A stretch of 64,000 bases of DNA from an uncultured Spartobacteria bacterium (GCA_937888355.1 CALAPX010000027.1:5026-69025); one strand, 5' to 3'; shown: positions 17,598-27,215, counted from the first letter of the stretch. The notes: a model not told the origin generated them from the sequence alone. Made by a program: numbers and translations.

Positions 17598-20500
17598 TCC
17601 TCTCCGATCTCTCGATCAAACGACCGGTGTTCGCCTCTGTCTTGGCGTTACTGCTAGTTGCCTTCGGCATTATTTCGTTTCTTCGGCTCCCGCTTCGCGA
17701 ATTTCCCGACATCGATCCGCCGGTTATCTCAGTCGACACAAGTTACCGTGGAGCCTCTGCAAGTGTGGTTGAAACTCGCATCACCGAACCCATTGAGGAC
17801 CGCATCTCTGGCGTAGAAGGGATCGACTTCATCGAGTCCAATAGCAGGAATGGCAAATCCAGCATCACGATCACTTTCAAATCCAACCGCAATATCGATG
17901 CTGCGGCCAATGACATTCGCGACCGCGTTTCAACCATTCTAGACGACCTGCCCGTTGAATCTGATCCCCCTGAGATCCAGAAGGTTGATTCAAATGATGA
18001 CGTTATCCTCTGGCTGAATCTCGTCAGTCCCACAATGACTGTCCCGGAGCTTACCGACTTTGCTCGACGATATCTGCTGGACCGCTTCTCAGTACTCGAC
18101 GGGGTGGCACGCGTCCGTGCGGGAGGGGGCCAAGACTATGCCATACGGATCTGGCTCGACCGTCGCGCCATGGCGGCGCGAAACCTCACGGCAAATGATG
18201 TTGAAGCAGCCTTGCGCACTGAAAATGTGGAACTCCCCGCCGGCAGCATCGAGTCCAAGGACCGGAATTTTACCGTTCGCACCAAGCGCCACTTCAGCAC
18301 CCCCGCTGACTTTACAAATCTCGTCCTCAAAAAAGGCCCCGATGGCTACCTGGTGCGACTCGGTGAGATCGCCACAGTCGAACTCGCTCCCGAGGAAAAC
18401 AGGACTCTCTTTCGCGGCAATTCGATTCCGATGGTTGGGATTGGCGTCGTGAAACAGTCCACCGCAAACACCATCGATGTCGCCCGCGCGGTAAAAGCCG
18501 AGGCGCGAAGAATCGCCCCTACCCTTCCACAGGGAATGGAAATCCGCGACAGCTACGACACTTCCATTTTTATCGAGGGATCGATCCGTGAAGTGTATTT
18601 CACCCTTTGCATCGCCATCGCTCTTGTTGTCCTTGTCATCTACCTTTTCCTAGGCACAGGACGAGCCACGCTGGTTCCCTCGATCACTGTTCCAGTCTCT
18701 CTCATCGCCACTTTTTTTGCGCTGGGGATCATGGGATTTTCCATCAATATCCTGACCCTTTTAGCTCTAGTCCTGGCGATCGGGATTGTGGTCGATGATG
18801 CCATTGTGGTTCTCGAAAATATCGTTCGACGCATGCAGGATCTTGGCGAAACCTCTCTTGTTGCGGCCTACAGGGGCACGCGTGAGGTTGGATTTGCGGT
18901 CATTGCCACAACGTTGGTTCTCGTGGCTGTTTTTCTTCCGATCGCCTTTCTCGAGGGAGACATCGGCCGTCTCTTTTCGGAGTTTGCCCTCACCATCTCA
19001 GCAGCAGTGGCCATTTCCAGCCTCATGGCACTGAGCCTTTCGCCGATGGTCGCCTCAAAGATCCTACGCAGCAAAACTGGTCGAAACCGCCTGGTCACCT
19101 CTCTGGATAAAACCTTCATCGGACTCCAAGACATCTACTCACGGAGCCTCCAAGTGGTCCTCCCCCGCAGATTTTCATCAGTGACGGCATTCTTGATTAT
19201 TTCAGCGGGTGCCGCGTGGCTCTTTTTTCAAATCCCTTCAGAATACACTCCGCGTGAAGACCGCGGGGCGTTCTATGTGCTGGTGGATGGTCCGGAGGGA
19301 GCCTCCTACTCGTTCATGGAGGAATACATGCTTGAAATCGAACACCGCCTCATGTCCTACACGGAGTCGGGAGAATTCACGCGATTACTTGTCCGCACTC
19401 CAAGAAGCTTTGGTACAGCGGGGGATTTTAATTCAGGAATCATCGTCTGTGTTTTGTCAGATTGGGCGCAACGCCGCTCTGCTTGGGTGATCATGGATGA
19501 AATCCGTAAAAATCTCTCGGATCTTCCCGGAGTACGGGCCTTTCCAGTGATGCGCCAAGGGTTTGGAGCACGCATTCAAAAACCCGTCCAATTCGTGCTT
19601 GGCGGCGGCTCCTATGAGGAACTGGTGCAGTGGCGAGATATTCTGTTGGCGAAAATTTCCGCAGACAACCCAGGCCTTGATGGCATCGATTGGGATTTCA
19701 AGGAAACCAAGCCTCAGCTCCGCGTTGCCATCGACTACGACCGCGCTGCAGAGCTTGGTGTTACCGTATCGAATGTCGGACGCACTCTGGAAACCATGCT
19801 GGGATCACGTCGCGTAACCACATACATCGACCGCGGGGAGGAATACGATGTGATCCTTGAAGGAAACCGCTCGAATCAAAATACACCCACCAGCCTTGAA
19901 AACATCTACGTCCGATCAAATTCAGGGGAACTCGTTCCACTTTCAAGCGTCGTCGAGGTCCAGGAATTCGCCGATTCTGATTCTCTAAACAGATACAATC
20001 GCATGCGCTCGATCACCATCGAAGCCAACCTTACTGAAAGTCTCACCCTCAGTCAGGCCCTTGATTTCCTCGAAACCCTGGTGCATGAAAATCTCCCGGA
20101 TACCGCGCAGATCGACTACAAAGGCCAATCACGCAACCTTCGCGAGTCCGCATCCTCGATTCTCTTTGTGTTTCTTATGGGATTACTCGTCGTCTATCTG
20201 GTGCTTGCGGCGCAATTCGAAAACTGGATTCACCCGCTTGTCATCATGACCACCGTTCCACTGGCCATGGCAGGGGGCGTTTTTGGACTATACTTGAGCG
20301 GAAATACCCTGAACATCTACAGCCAAATTGGTCTCATTATTCTCATCGGAATCGCCGCAAAGAATGGGATTCTTATTGTTGATTTCGCCAACAAGCTCCG
20401 TGATCGGGGCATTCCGTTCGACCAAGCCCTCATTGAAGCCTCACGGGTCCGGCTACGCCCGATCCTGATGACCGGAATCACCACCGCAGCAACAGCTATT

Positions 20501-20713
20501 CCTTTGATCTTCGCATTTGGCCCCGGTGCTGAAACCCGTATTGTTATTGGTGTTGTTGTCCTCGGAGGTGTTCTCATGGCCACGTTCCTGACTCTCTACC
20601 TCGTCCCGGCAGCCTACTCTCTGATCGCTCGGAAAACCGGTTCCCCCGGTGACATCTCCCGCCGCCTCGTTACTGAATCCGACGGCAATCCAGGTGGCTC
20701 TTCCCTCGCGTAA
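17594..20713 (+). CDS. RND efflux permease (AcrB/HAE1-like), 12 TM
   Basis: 1039 aa, MILSDLSIKRPVFASVLALLLVAFGIISFLRLPLREFPDIDPP..., typical AcrB-family N-terminus and duplicated TM/porter architecture. No outer-membrane factor gene is adjacent. Confidence 0.93.
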   Translation: MILSDLSIKRPVFASVLALLLVAFGIISFLRLPLREFPDIDPPVISVDTSYRGASASVVETRITEPIEDRISGVEGIDFIESNSRNGKSSITITFKSNRNIDAAANDIRDRVSTILDDLPVESDPPEIQKVDSNDDVILWLNLVSPTMTVPELTDFARRYLLDRFSVLDGVARVRAGGGQDYAIRIWLDRRAMAARNLTANDVEAALRTENVELPAGSIESKDRNFTVRTKRHFSTPADFTNLVLKKGPDGYLVRLGEIATVELAPEENRTLFRGNSIPMVGIGVVKQSTANTIDVARAVKAEARRIAPTLPQGMEIRDSYDTSIFIEGSIREVYFTLCIAIALVVLVIYLFLGTGRATLVPSITVPVSLIATFFALGIMGFSINILTLLALVLAIGIVVDDAIVVLENIVRRMQDLGETSLVAAYRGTREVGFAVIATTLVLVAVFLPIAFLEGDIGRLFSEFALTISAAVAISSLMALSLSPMVASKILRSKTGRNRLVTSLDKTFIGLQDIYSRSLQVVLPRRFSSVTAFLIISAGAAWLFFQIPSEYTPREDRGAFYVLVDGPEGASYSFMEEYMLEIEHRLMSYTESGEFTRLLVRTPRSFGTAGDFNSGIIVCVLSDWAQRRSAWVIMDEIRKNLSDLPGVRAFPVMRQGFGARIQKPVQFVLGGGSYEELVQWRDILLAKISADNPGLDGIDWDFKETKPQLRVAIDYDRAAELGVTVSNVGRTLETMLGSRRVTTYIDRGEEYDVILEGNRSNQNTPTSLENIYVRSNSGELVPLSSVVEVQEFADSDSLNRYNRMRSITIEANLTESLTLSQALDFLETLVHENLPDTAQIDYKGQSRNLRESASSILFVFLMGLLVVYLVLAAQFENWIHPLVIMTTVPLAMAGGVFGLYLSGNTLNIYSQIGLIILIGIAAKNGILIVDFANKLRDRGIPFDQALIEASRVRLRPILMTGITTAATAIPLIFAFGPGAETRIVIGVVVLGGVLMATFLTLYLVPAAYSLIARKTGSPGDISRRLVTESDGNPGGSSLA

Positions 20714-20718
20714 TTACA

Positions 20719-21408
20719 TCACTTCCCATCCCCCCTCCCCCTCTCACTAATTGTGCTTAGGATTAGAACCCAAAAGGTGTGAACAAGGACAGCGAAGGGG
20801 ATCTGAAGTGCCGGGGGCATAATGTAAACGAAGGTGACCCCGGGAAACCAAATCATCCAGGAAGCCAACTGGACCGGCAGCAAGGTTTCAGCAAAAAAAC
20901 GGCACCTGAACACCGAAGCAAAAACTACTTTGCGAAAGCCCCCAGCGCGCAGCGTGAAATATGCGGTGATCATTGGCGTCGCAAAGAGCGGGCTATAGAG
21001 GAGTTGATCGACTAACACCTTTGTTGCAACGGTGGTGAAGCCGCTTTCAAAACTAAACCAATGGTTTTGCATGGTGTAGAAGACATCAACAACCGACCCC
21101 ATAAAAATCCAGATCGGGGCCATGGTGAGGACGCTTTTGATATTTTCCGCAGTCACCCGCGCCCGCTGAAACAGAAAAATCCGCATGAGCTCGGGCAAGA
21201 GCGCCCCAGAGAAAGTGTAGGCGACCATGGCAAACACAGGACCAAGTTCCTGCCTCGACTCGCCGACCAGCCGAAAAAACGCCTGCGAACCCTCATGACA
21301 TAGGTAGAGCGCGAGAATGCAGGCCATGATGCCCTGAAGAAGAAGCCCTGGCAGAACATTTGCCCGCGCCGCCCGGAAGCCCACAAAAATGGCTTCACGA
21401 ATGGTCAT
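20719..21408 (-). CDS. Polytopic membrane protein, tentatively Mpv17/PMP22-like
   Basis: 229 aa. Segments KVLVDQLLYSPLF and ASWMIWFPGVTFVYIMPPALQIPFA resemble Mpv17/PMP22 signatures (recalled from memory, unverified). The ATG overlaps the tilS stop (ATGA at 21405-21408). Confidence 0.6.
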   Translation of the reverse strand: MTIREAIFVGFRAARANVLPGLLLQGIMACILALYLCHEGSQAFFRLVGESRQELGPVFAMVAYTFSGALLPELMRIFLFQRARVTAENIKSVLTMAPIWIFMGSVVDVFYTMQNHWFSFESGFTTVATKVLVDQLLYSPLFATPMITAYFTLRAGGFRKVVFASVFRCRFFAETLLPVQLASWMIWFPGVTFVYIMPPALQIPFAVLVHTFWVLILSTISERGRGDGK

Positions 21409-22388
21409 GTGTCATTCCTTTCCAAAAACAACACCCCGGCACGGCGGCGGGCGTGCCAGTCTCCAGGCAGATTGACTTTGGCTGGACCCTTTCGGTCCAG
21501 TAGCGACAAAACGCGCCGCGTTTCCTTCCATCCTACTTCGGGAATCTCATAATGACGAAGCCATGCCAAAACCCAGCGCGCCTGCGCGGCGGGATGCAAT
21601 TGATCGAGCGCCCGGCATGAAAGCTCCGCCCCAACCTCGGGAATCATGCCTGCCATCCACTCGTCCTCCGCCCGTAAAATCTCTGCCGCCCGTAGGATTG
21701 ATTCGCGAAACGCTGGCCCCATCGCTTCTTCAATGGCCGGAATCACCTGGATTCGGAGCTTATTGCGCGTGTGCCGGGTCTCAACATTAGAGGCATCCTC
21801 GCGAAAAATAATCCGCTGTTTCTCTTGATATTCCGAAATTTCCCGGCGAAGGACTCCGAGTAATGGGCGCTGTACTGTAAGGCTCCCCCGCTGCATCAGC
21901 GGCTTCATGCCGCCCAATCCCGAAGCTCCAGAGCCGCGGAGAAAATTAAATAAACAGGTCTCAACCTGGTCATCTGCATGATGCGCGAGAAGCAAATGAC
22001 GGCATCGGGTTCGTTTTGCGCACGCCTCGAAAAACGCATACCTCAATTCTCGCGCGGCCAACTCGGTGGATAGTCTGTTTTTCTTAGCAAACTCAGCTGT
22101 GCGAGCACGGGCAATTTCGATTGGCAATCTGCGCCTCCGGGCTTCATTGCTGACAAATCGCTCATCAGCCGCCGAACTTCGCCCGCGCAGGGTATGGTTC
22201 AAATGGCACACCACCAACTTCTTGAAACCGCACTCAATCAGGGCGTCGAGAAGCACCATCGAATCCCGACCTCCAGACACACCCACTAGCAACTTGCGGG
22301 TCCTCGCGACTTCCGAAAGCGACGATCCAACGGCCTCAAGAACGGGATCGACGCATGCAGGCAGCTTATTTGGTGATGTGGCGCGCAC
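21405..22388 (-). CDS. tilS: tRNA(Ile)-lysidine synthetase
   Basis: ORF 21405..22493 with PP-loop VGVSGGRDSMVLL. All in-frame ATGs (22493, 22463, 22430) lie 65-128 nt inside serS. GTG at 22388 reduces the overlap to 23 nt. The start is uncertain. Confidence 0.85.
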   Translation of the reverse strand: MRATSPNKLPACVDPVLEAVGSSLSEVARTRKLLVGVSGGRDSMVLLDALIECGFKKLVVCHLNHTLRGRSSAADERFVSNEARRRRLPIEIARARTAEFAKKNRLSTELAARELRYAFFEACAKRTRCRHLLLAHHADDQVETCLFNFLRGSGASGLGGMKPLMQRGSLTVQRPLLGVLRREISEYQEKQRIIFREDASNVETRHTRNKLRIQVIPAIEEAMGPAFRESILRAAEILRAEDEWMAGMIPEVGAELSCRALDQLHPAAQARWVLAWLRHYEIPEVGWKETRRVLSLLDRKGPAKVNLPGDWHARRRAGVLFLERNDT

Positions 22389-23637
22389 CGAAATATGGCT
22401 CGAGGGCCGCTGGCAATTCAACCGACCCATCAGGCTGCTGCCCGTTCTCGAGCAGGGCGACATAAAGGCGCGCCAGAGCAGTGCCAGAGCCATTAAGCGT
22501 ATGGCAGAACCTGTTTTTGCCGTCCTCGCCTTTCATTCGAAGGTTCATGCGGCGGGCTTGGTAATCCTCAAAATTAGAGCAACTGGAAACCTCCAGATAC
22601 GCATTCTGCCCTGGGGCCCAGACTTCGATGTCATAGGTTTTTGCGGAACCGAACCCCATGTCGCCGGTGCAAAGAACAATCACTCGGTAATGCAACCCCA
22701 GCACTTGAAGCACACGCTCGGCATTAGCCGTGAGTGACTCAAGTTCGGCATTGGAATGCTCCGGTGCGCAGATTTTAACGAGTTCAACCTTGTCGAACTG
22801 GTGCATGCGGATCAGTCCCTTTGTCTCGCGGCCGGCAGATCCGGCCTCACGGCGAAAGCAGGGGGTGTGCGCGGCATACTTCACGGGAAGCTCTGCAGCT
22901 TTCAGAATCTCCTCGCGATGGAGGTTCGTCACCGGCACCTCGGCGGTGGGCACCAGGAATAATCCACCGCCATCAATTCCATACATGTCCTCTTCGAATT
23001 TCGGCAACTGCCCGGTACCGATCATGCAATCGCGGCGAACAACATACGGCGGAGCAATCTCCCTGTAGCCATGATCGCGAGTGTGAAGGTCGAGCAGGAA
23101 ATTCATCAGCGCCCGCTCCAACCGGGCCCCTGCCCCAGTGTAAACAGCAAATCCACTCCCGCTGATCTTCGTGGCCCGCTCGATATCGATCAGACCCAAC
23201 CCTTCAGCGATCGCGACATGGTCCTTGGGGCTTTCCACAAACGGCTTTTCTCCATGGGTGCGGAGGACGGGGTTGTCCGCCGCATCCTTTCCAACAGGGA
23301 CATCGGCCTGCGGCAGATTCGGGAGATTGAGAAGAAGCGTTGTTTGTTTCTCCCCGAGGACCGCCGAGTGTTCGGAAAGCACCTGCATCTCGGCAGCAAG
23401 CGATTTAACCTGCTCCTCAAGCGCAGAGGAATCCTCCTTGCGCGCCCGCATCCCCCCTATTTCCTTACTGATGCGATTGCGATCGCCTTGAATCCCTTGA
23501 AGACGCGTTTCGACTCCACGCCGCTCGACATCGACAGCAAGAATGGCATCCACAGTTTCAGAATGCCCTGTCGCACGGGTGGCGAGGCGTGATTTTACAA
23601 GGTCGGGATTCTCCCGAATCAGTCGAACGTCGAGCAT
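22366..23637 (-). CDS. serS: Seryl-tRNA synthetase
   Basis: ORF 22366..23679. ATG at 23637 gives the canonical MLDVRLIRENPDLVKSRLA N-terminus. Class II motifs are present. Confidence 0.95.
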   Translation of the reverse strand: MLDVRLIRENPDLVKSRLATRATGHSETVDAILAVDVERRGVETRLQGIQGDRNRISKEIGGMRARKEDSSALEEQVKSLAAEMQVLSEHSAVLGEKQTTLLLNLPNLPQADVPVGKDAADNPVLRTHGEKPFVESPKDHVAIAEGLGLIDIERATKISGSGFAVYTGAGARLERALMNFLLDLHTRDHGYREIAPPYVVRRDCMIGTGQLPKFEEDMYGIDGGGLFLVPTAEVPVTNLHREEILKAAELPVKYAAHTPCFRREAGSAGRETKGLIRMHQFDKVELVKICAPEHSNAELESLTANAERVLQVLGLHYRVIVLCTGDMGFGSAKTYDIEVWAPGQNAYLEVSSCSNFEDYQARRMNLRMKGEDGKNRFCHTLNGSGTALARLYVALLENGQQPDGSVELPAALEPYFGARHITK

Positions 23638-23691
23638 GGTTGTACAGATTGAATAAATTCGGCAGACTGCAGGAAGCAAATTCTCAAGCAG

Positions 23692-24627
23692 ATGTCAGCG
23701 CAGTTCCGCGATTACTACCAAACATTGGGCGTTACGAAATCAGCCACTCCGGCAGAAATCAAAAGCGCATTCCGCAAGTTGGCCCGCCAATTCCACCCGG
23801 ATACGGCGAAGGACAAAAAAATTGCCGAAGAAAAATTCAAAGAAATCAATGAGGCTTACGAGGTTCTCAGCGATCCGGAAAAGCGGAAACGCTACGATGA
23901 ATTTGGCGCGAATTGGCAACAAGGCCCGGCTGCACGGTCTCCATTCGGTGCGGCAGGAAGAGCGGGCGGATTTCGGCAATCACCATCGCGCCGCGACACG
24001 GAGGAGGAATTTGAATTCGGTGGCACTGGATTCAGCGATTTCTTTGAACAAATGTTTGGCGGGCGCCGTGGCGGGCGGAATGGGTTTGGGCAGACGCCCC
24101 AACGCGGCCAGGATGTCGAGGCTGATATCCTAGTCACCCTTGAAGAGGCGCTAACCGGATCGACCCGCCAGATTTCCTTTCGCCGAGGGTCGTCGAAGAA
24201 AGTCGAGACATACACTGTCAAAGTACCGAAGGGTATCCGTGAAGGCCAACGCATCCGCCTTGCAGGGCAGGGTGGAAGCGGTGCTTCTGGAGGCGGTTCC
24301 GGCGACCTCTACCTTCGCGTCAAATTCCAGCGCCACCCGGATTTTGAGATCGAGGGTGGAGACCTCTATTACGAATTGGAAATTCCAGCATGGGATGCCG
24401 TTCTTGGCTGTGAAGCAACCGTCCCGACCCTCGGCGGTCGCGCGAAGTTAAAAATCCCGGCTGGCACGCAAACCGGGAAAAAGTTTCGCCTCCCTGGCAT
24501 GGGGATTCCTGTCGGGGACGGAAAACGCGGCGATTTTTACGCGGTAGTCAGCATCACCATACCAAGCAATCCCTCTCCAAAGGAACGCGCGATCTGGGAG
24601 GAACTCGCCGCCGTCTCGCAGCCGTAA
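23692..24627 (+). CDS. cbpA: DnaJ-class co-chaperone lacking the zinc-finger domain (CbpA-like)
   Basis: 311 aa. The J-domain is DYYQTLGV...FRKLARQFHPD, followed by a G/F-rich linker and DnaJ C-terminal domains. No CxxCxGxG repeats. Confidence 0.85.
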   Translation: MSAQFRDYYQTLGVTKSATPAEIKSAFRKLARQFHPDTAKDKKIAEEKFKEINEAYEVLSDPEKRKRYDEFGANWQQGPAARSPFGAAGRAGGFRQSPSRRDTEEEFEFGGTGFSDFFEQMFGGRRGGRNGFGQTPQRGQDVEADILVTLEEALTGSTRQISFRRGSSKKVETYTVKVPKGIREGQRIRLAGQGGSGASGGGSGDLYLRVKFQRHPDFEIEGGDLYYELEIPAWDAVLGCEATVPTLGGRAKLKIPAGTQTGKKFRLPGMGIPVGDGKRGDFYAVVSITIPSNPSPKERAIWEELAAVSQP

Positions 24628-25590
24628 TCACTTCTCTGCACGCGGGTGTGCGGCTTGGTAGGCGGCTTTGAGACGCTCGATTGTTACGTGTGTATAGATT
24701 TGCGTCGTTGAAATGCTCGCATGCCCTAGGAGTGTCTGCACGCTTCGCAAATCAGCACCATTGTCGAGCAGGTGAGTGGCAAAACTGTGTCGAAGCTTGT
24801 GGGGAGAAAGATCACCGGGGAGGCCCGCTTGGGCCAGGCGAAGCTTCAGCAATGAATTCACAGATCGCGTGGAAATACGCCTTCGGGATTTATTAATGAA
24901 CAGCGGACCATATTCGACACGCGCGACACGTCGATAGCTTGAAATGGCTACAAGGGCCGGGCCACCCACGGGACACATCCGCTCGCGGCCGCCTTTCCCA
25001 AGAACGCGAGCAGTTTCACCGATCACATCGACATCCTTCACATCCAACCCAACCAACTCGGACAAGCGCATGCCGGTGGAATAGAACAACTCGATGATCG
25101 CAAGGTCGCGGGCGGACATCCATTCAGGGGCCTGCTTCGTCTTTTCATGCTTTCCCGGCGCATCGACAAGAGCATCGATCTGCGAGGTGGTCAAAAAGCG
25201 AGGCAGGGGCTTGATCGTTTTCGGAAGCGAGACCTCAAGCAGCACATTTTTTGCCACCACCTGCCTCATGTGTAAAAAGGAGTAAAGTGCCCGCAGGGCG
25301 GCGAACCGAAGCCTGACTGTGGCCCGAGCCATCTCGATTTTCATCATCTCAAGCATCCATGCCCTGAAATCTTCGGCGCGGAACGATTCCCATGATCCCG
25401 ATGGACGGAACCGCCTAAAAAGTTTGATCGAGGTGCGATAGGTGGAGATGGTCCTTGGAGAGGCATTTTTCTCTCCCTCCAAATATCCAAGGAAATCCCC
25501 CGCATGCCTGTCGAGGACGCCCTCCACTTCGTTGTGTGTTTTCCTGCGACGTTTCAAGGCAACCCTACTGCTGTTATGGGGCGGATTCAT
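24628..25590 (-). CDS. xerC: Tyrosine recombinase, XerC/XerD type
   Basis: ORF 24628..26100 is over-extended. ATG 25590 (MNPPHNSS...) gives about 320 aa with an N-terminal SAM-like core-binding domain and the catalytic HKLRHSFATHLL...LLGHASISTTQIYTHV. C versus D cannot be distinguished. The gene overlaps the upstream gene's 3' end by 17 nt. Confidence 0.85.
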   Translation of the reverse strand: MNPPHNSSRVALKRRRKTHNEVEGVLDRHAGDFLGYLEGEKNASPRTISTYRTSIKLFRRFRPSGSWESFRAEDFRAWMLEMMKIEMARATVRLRFAALRALYSFLHMRQVVAKNVLLEVSLPKTIKPLPRFLTTSQIDALVDAPGKHEKTKQAPEWMSARDLAIIELFYSTGMRLSELVGLDVKDVDVIGETARVLGKGGRERMCPVGGPALVAISSYRRVARVEYGPLFINKSRRRISTRSVNSLLKLRLAQAGLPGDLSPHKLRHSFATHLLDNGADLRSVQTLLGHASISTTQIYTHVTIERLKAAYQAAHPRAEK

Positions 25591-27085
25591 CAGGAGGATT
25601 CGCACGAATATTGACCTCTCGGTGCCTACCTTCGAGAACCACTCGATGCTCAAACTCGCCGTTGCCATCGACCTGCACTGTCTGATTACCGATCCGCAAA
25701 CTGCCTCCAGGTTCCGCGCGGCCATAGACCGTGATTTCTGCATGAACATCCTTTGGCGCGGAAAGCCATGATGACTGCTCTGAAGCGCCCCAGGAAGAAG
25801 GGCTGGATTGTCCCATGGAGGATGAGAGCGCCTCGCTCCAACTCGAAAGAACGGACAATTCAAGACTCGAAAGACCAATTCCTCCCCAGAAGGCCCCCGC
25901 TCCTCCTGACCAGCTTGCCATTTCACCCAAGGATGCGCTGGCACCGGAGGATTCCAGTCCACCCCATGATGTGGGAATTGCCCCGCTGGAAAGACCCCCC
26001 CCCGACCAACTCCCGGCAGCAGAAGCAGCCCAACTGCTCTGCGCAGCACCAGCCCAACTGGAAAGAGCGGCGGTAAGCCAACTCGAAACTCCGGCAGCAA
26101 GCTGCTCCGACCCCATGGCTCCGATATTCCAGGAACTCAGAGCCGATTCGCCAGCCAACCTCACGATGGCGCTGAACAAACTGCTCTCGGCCTGCGCGAG
26201 TTGGATGCGCCCCACCATTTCCGCAATCTCGCCTGAGCCCGCCTGCGACAGAAGCCTCTGGTGCACCGCAGAGTGGATCTCCTCAGAACTCCACGCTCCG
26301 CTGGACAACCATCCAAAAAAATCACTGCCTAGTAATGCCTCGAGCAGCTCACGCTCACGGGCCTCCAGCGGCGAGACAGATGATTCACTCCTAGGCATAG
26401 CTACGGCCATGGAAGACAATGCAGGCACCAGATCGGAGGCTCCGGCAATCGAACGGGAGATTGTCTCCACCAACTTGTGAAAGCCGATATGCAACGGGAC
26501 TGTGGCATACCGAAATTCCTCGGATGGAGAAAACGTGTCGCGGGGGGTGGAGATCACCGCTGATCGCCCTAGCGAATTCCAGCTACCCCCTCGGTAAAAT
26601 CCTATATCCACGGCATATGAAGCTCCCGCTTTTTTCACGGGGATATACCAGTTCCGGCTCTCGAACGACACCTCGATCTCGTGATCCAAGGCCCCGTCGC
26701 CGCTTTCGACCCTCAAATAACACGGCCCGCCCGGATGCCGCGAAATATCGATATCCCAGTAGGTGAAAAGCCAATGCGGCTCCTGCGCGACAAGGTAAAT
26801 AGTATCGCTCCCGTAGCTGTGCGGAAGACTCCCGAGATTTTCAAGCAGGGTCGGATCTGGCTTAGGGGCAGAGCGAGTCACGGGCTTCTCTTTTGAAGGG
26901 GCTTCCTTGACAGAAATCCTAGTTTTCGAGGGCGGGGGCTCAACCTTGAATTCAATATTCCCCGATCTAACCACGAGCTTTGGCTTTGATATTTTCGACT
27001 TGGCGGTGGCGTTTGTTTTCTCACTTTTTCCAACGCGCGATACCGTTGCCGACTTAGTCCCAGCTTTATCCGTTTTTGTGGTCAT
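25574..27085 (-). CDS. DUF4912 domain protein with Lys-rich N-terminus, S-S-W repeat region and a C-terminal beta-rich domain
   Basis: ORF 25574..27145 (TTG); first ATG at 27085. The DUF4912-like core reads SDTIYLVAQEPHWLFTYWDIDISRH...NWYIPV...YAVDIGFY. Confidence 0.75.
   Translation of the reverse strand: MTTKTDKAGTKSATVSRVGKSEKTNATAKSKISKPKLVVRSGNIEFKVEPPPSKTRISVKEAPSKEKPVTRSAPKPDPTLLENLGSLPHSYGSDTIYLVAQEPHWLFTYWDIDISRHPGGPCYLRVESGDGALDHEIEVSFESRNWYIPVKKAGASYAVDIGFYRGGSWNSLGRSAVISTPRDTFSPSEEFRYATVPLHIGFHKLVETISRSIAGASDLVPALSSMAVAMPRSESSVSPLEARERELLEALLGSDFFGWLSSGAWSSEEIHSAVHQRLLSQAGSGEIAEMVGRIQLAQAESSLFSAIVRLAGESALSSWNIGAMGSEQLAAGVSSWLTAALSSWAGAAQSSWAASAAGSWSGGGLSSGAIPTSWGGLESSGASASLGEMASWSGGAGAFWGGIGLSSLELSVLSSWSEALSSSMGQSSPSSWGASEQSSWLSAPKDVHAEITVYGRAEPGGSLRIGNQTVQVDGNGEFEHRVVLEGRHREVNIRANPPDESAP
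25763..26143 (-). repeat. Degenerate in-frame coding repeats giving 11 regularly spaced Trp, 10 of them as [STGA]-S-W
   Basis: ORF residues 335-461 read ALSSWNIG..GVSSWLTAALSSWAGAAQSSWAASAAGSWSGG..PTSWGG..MASWSGGAGAFWGG..VLSSWSE..SPSSWGASEQSSWLS. At the DNA level the recurring plus-strand units are ccaactcgaaag, ccaactggaaag and ccaactcgaaac. Confidence 0.85.
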
Positions 27086-27215
27086 GCCTGTAAAAATCCA
27101 AGCGAACTTCTCAGCCTTGATAGTTCCGGTGTAAATGGGTGGCAAGCCCCATAAACATTTTCTTGAAGTCCCAACCGAAGCTAAATCGTCCCTCCAGAGC
27201 GCCAGCCACCCCCTC

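Noticed and set aside
16539-20713. The RND adaptor and pump pair lacking an outer-membrane factor, as something unusual.
   Set aside because: Two-gene RND operons that borrow a TolC-like channel encoded elsewhere are common.
24628-25590. The tyrosine recombinase as a phage or ICE integrase marking a mobile element.
   Set aside because: Its size (about 320 aa) and C-terminal motif are Xer-like. The neighbours are cbpA, the DUF4912 gene and cinA. No phage or conjugation genes or att-like repeats are evident. It is kept only as a context oddity (see findings).
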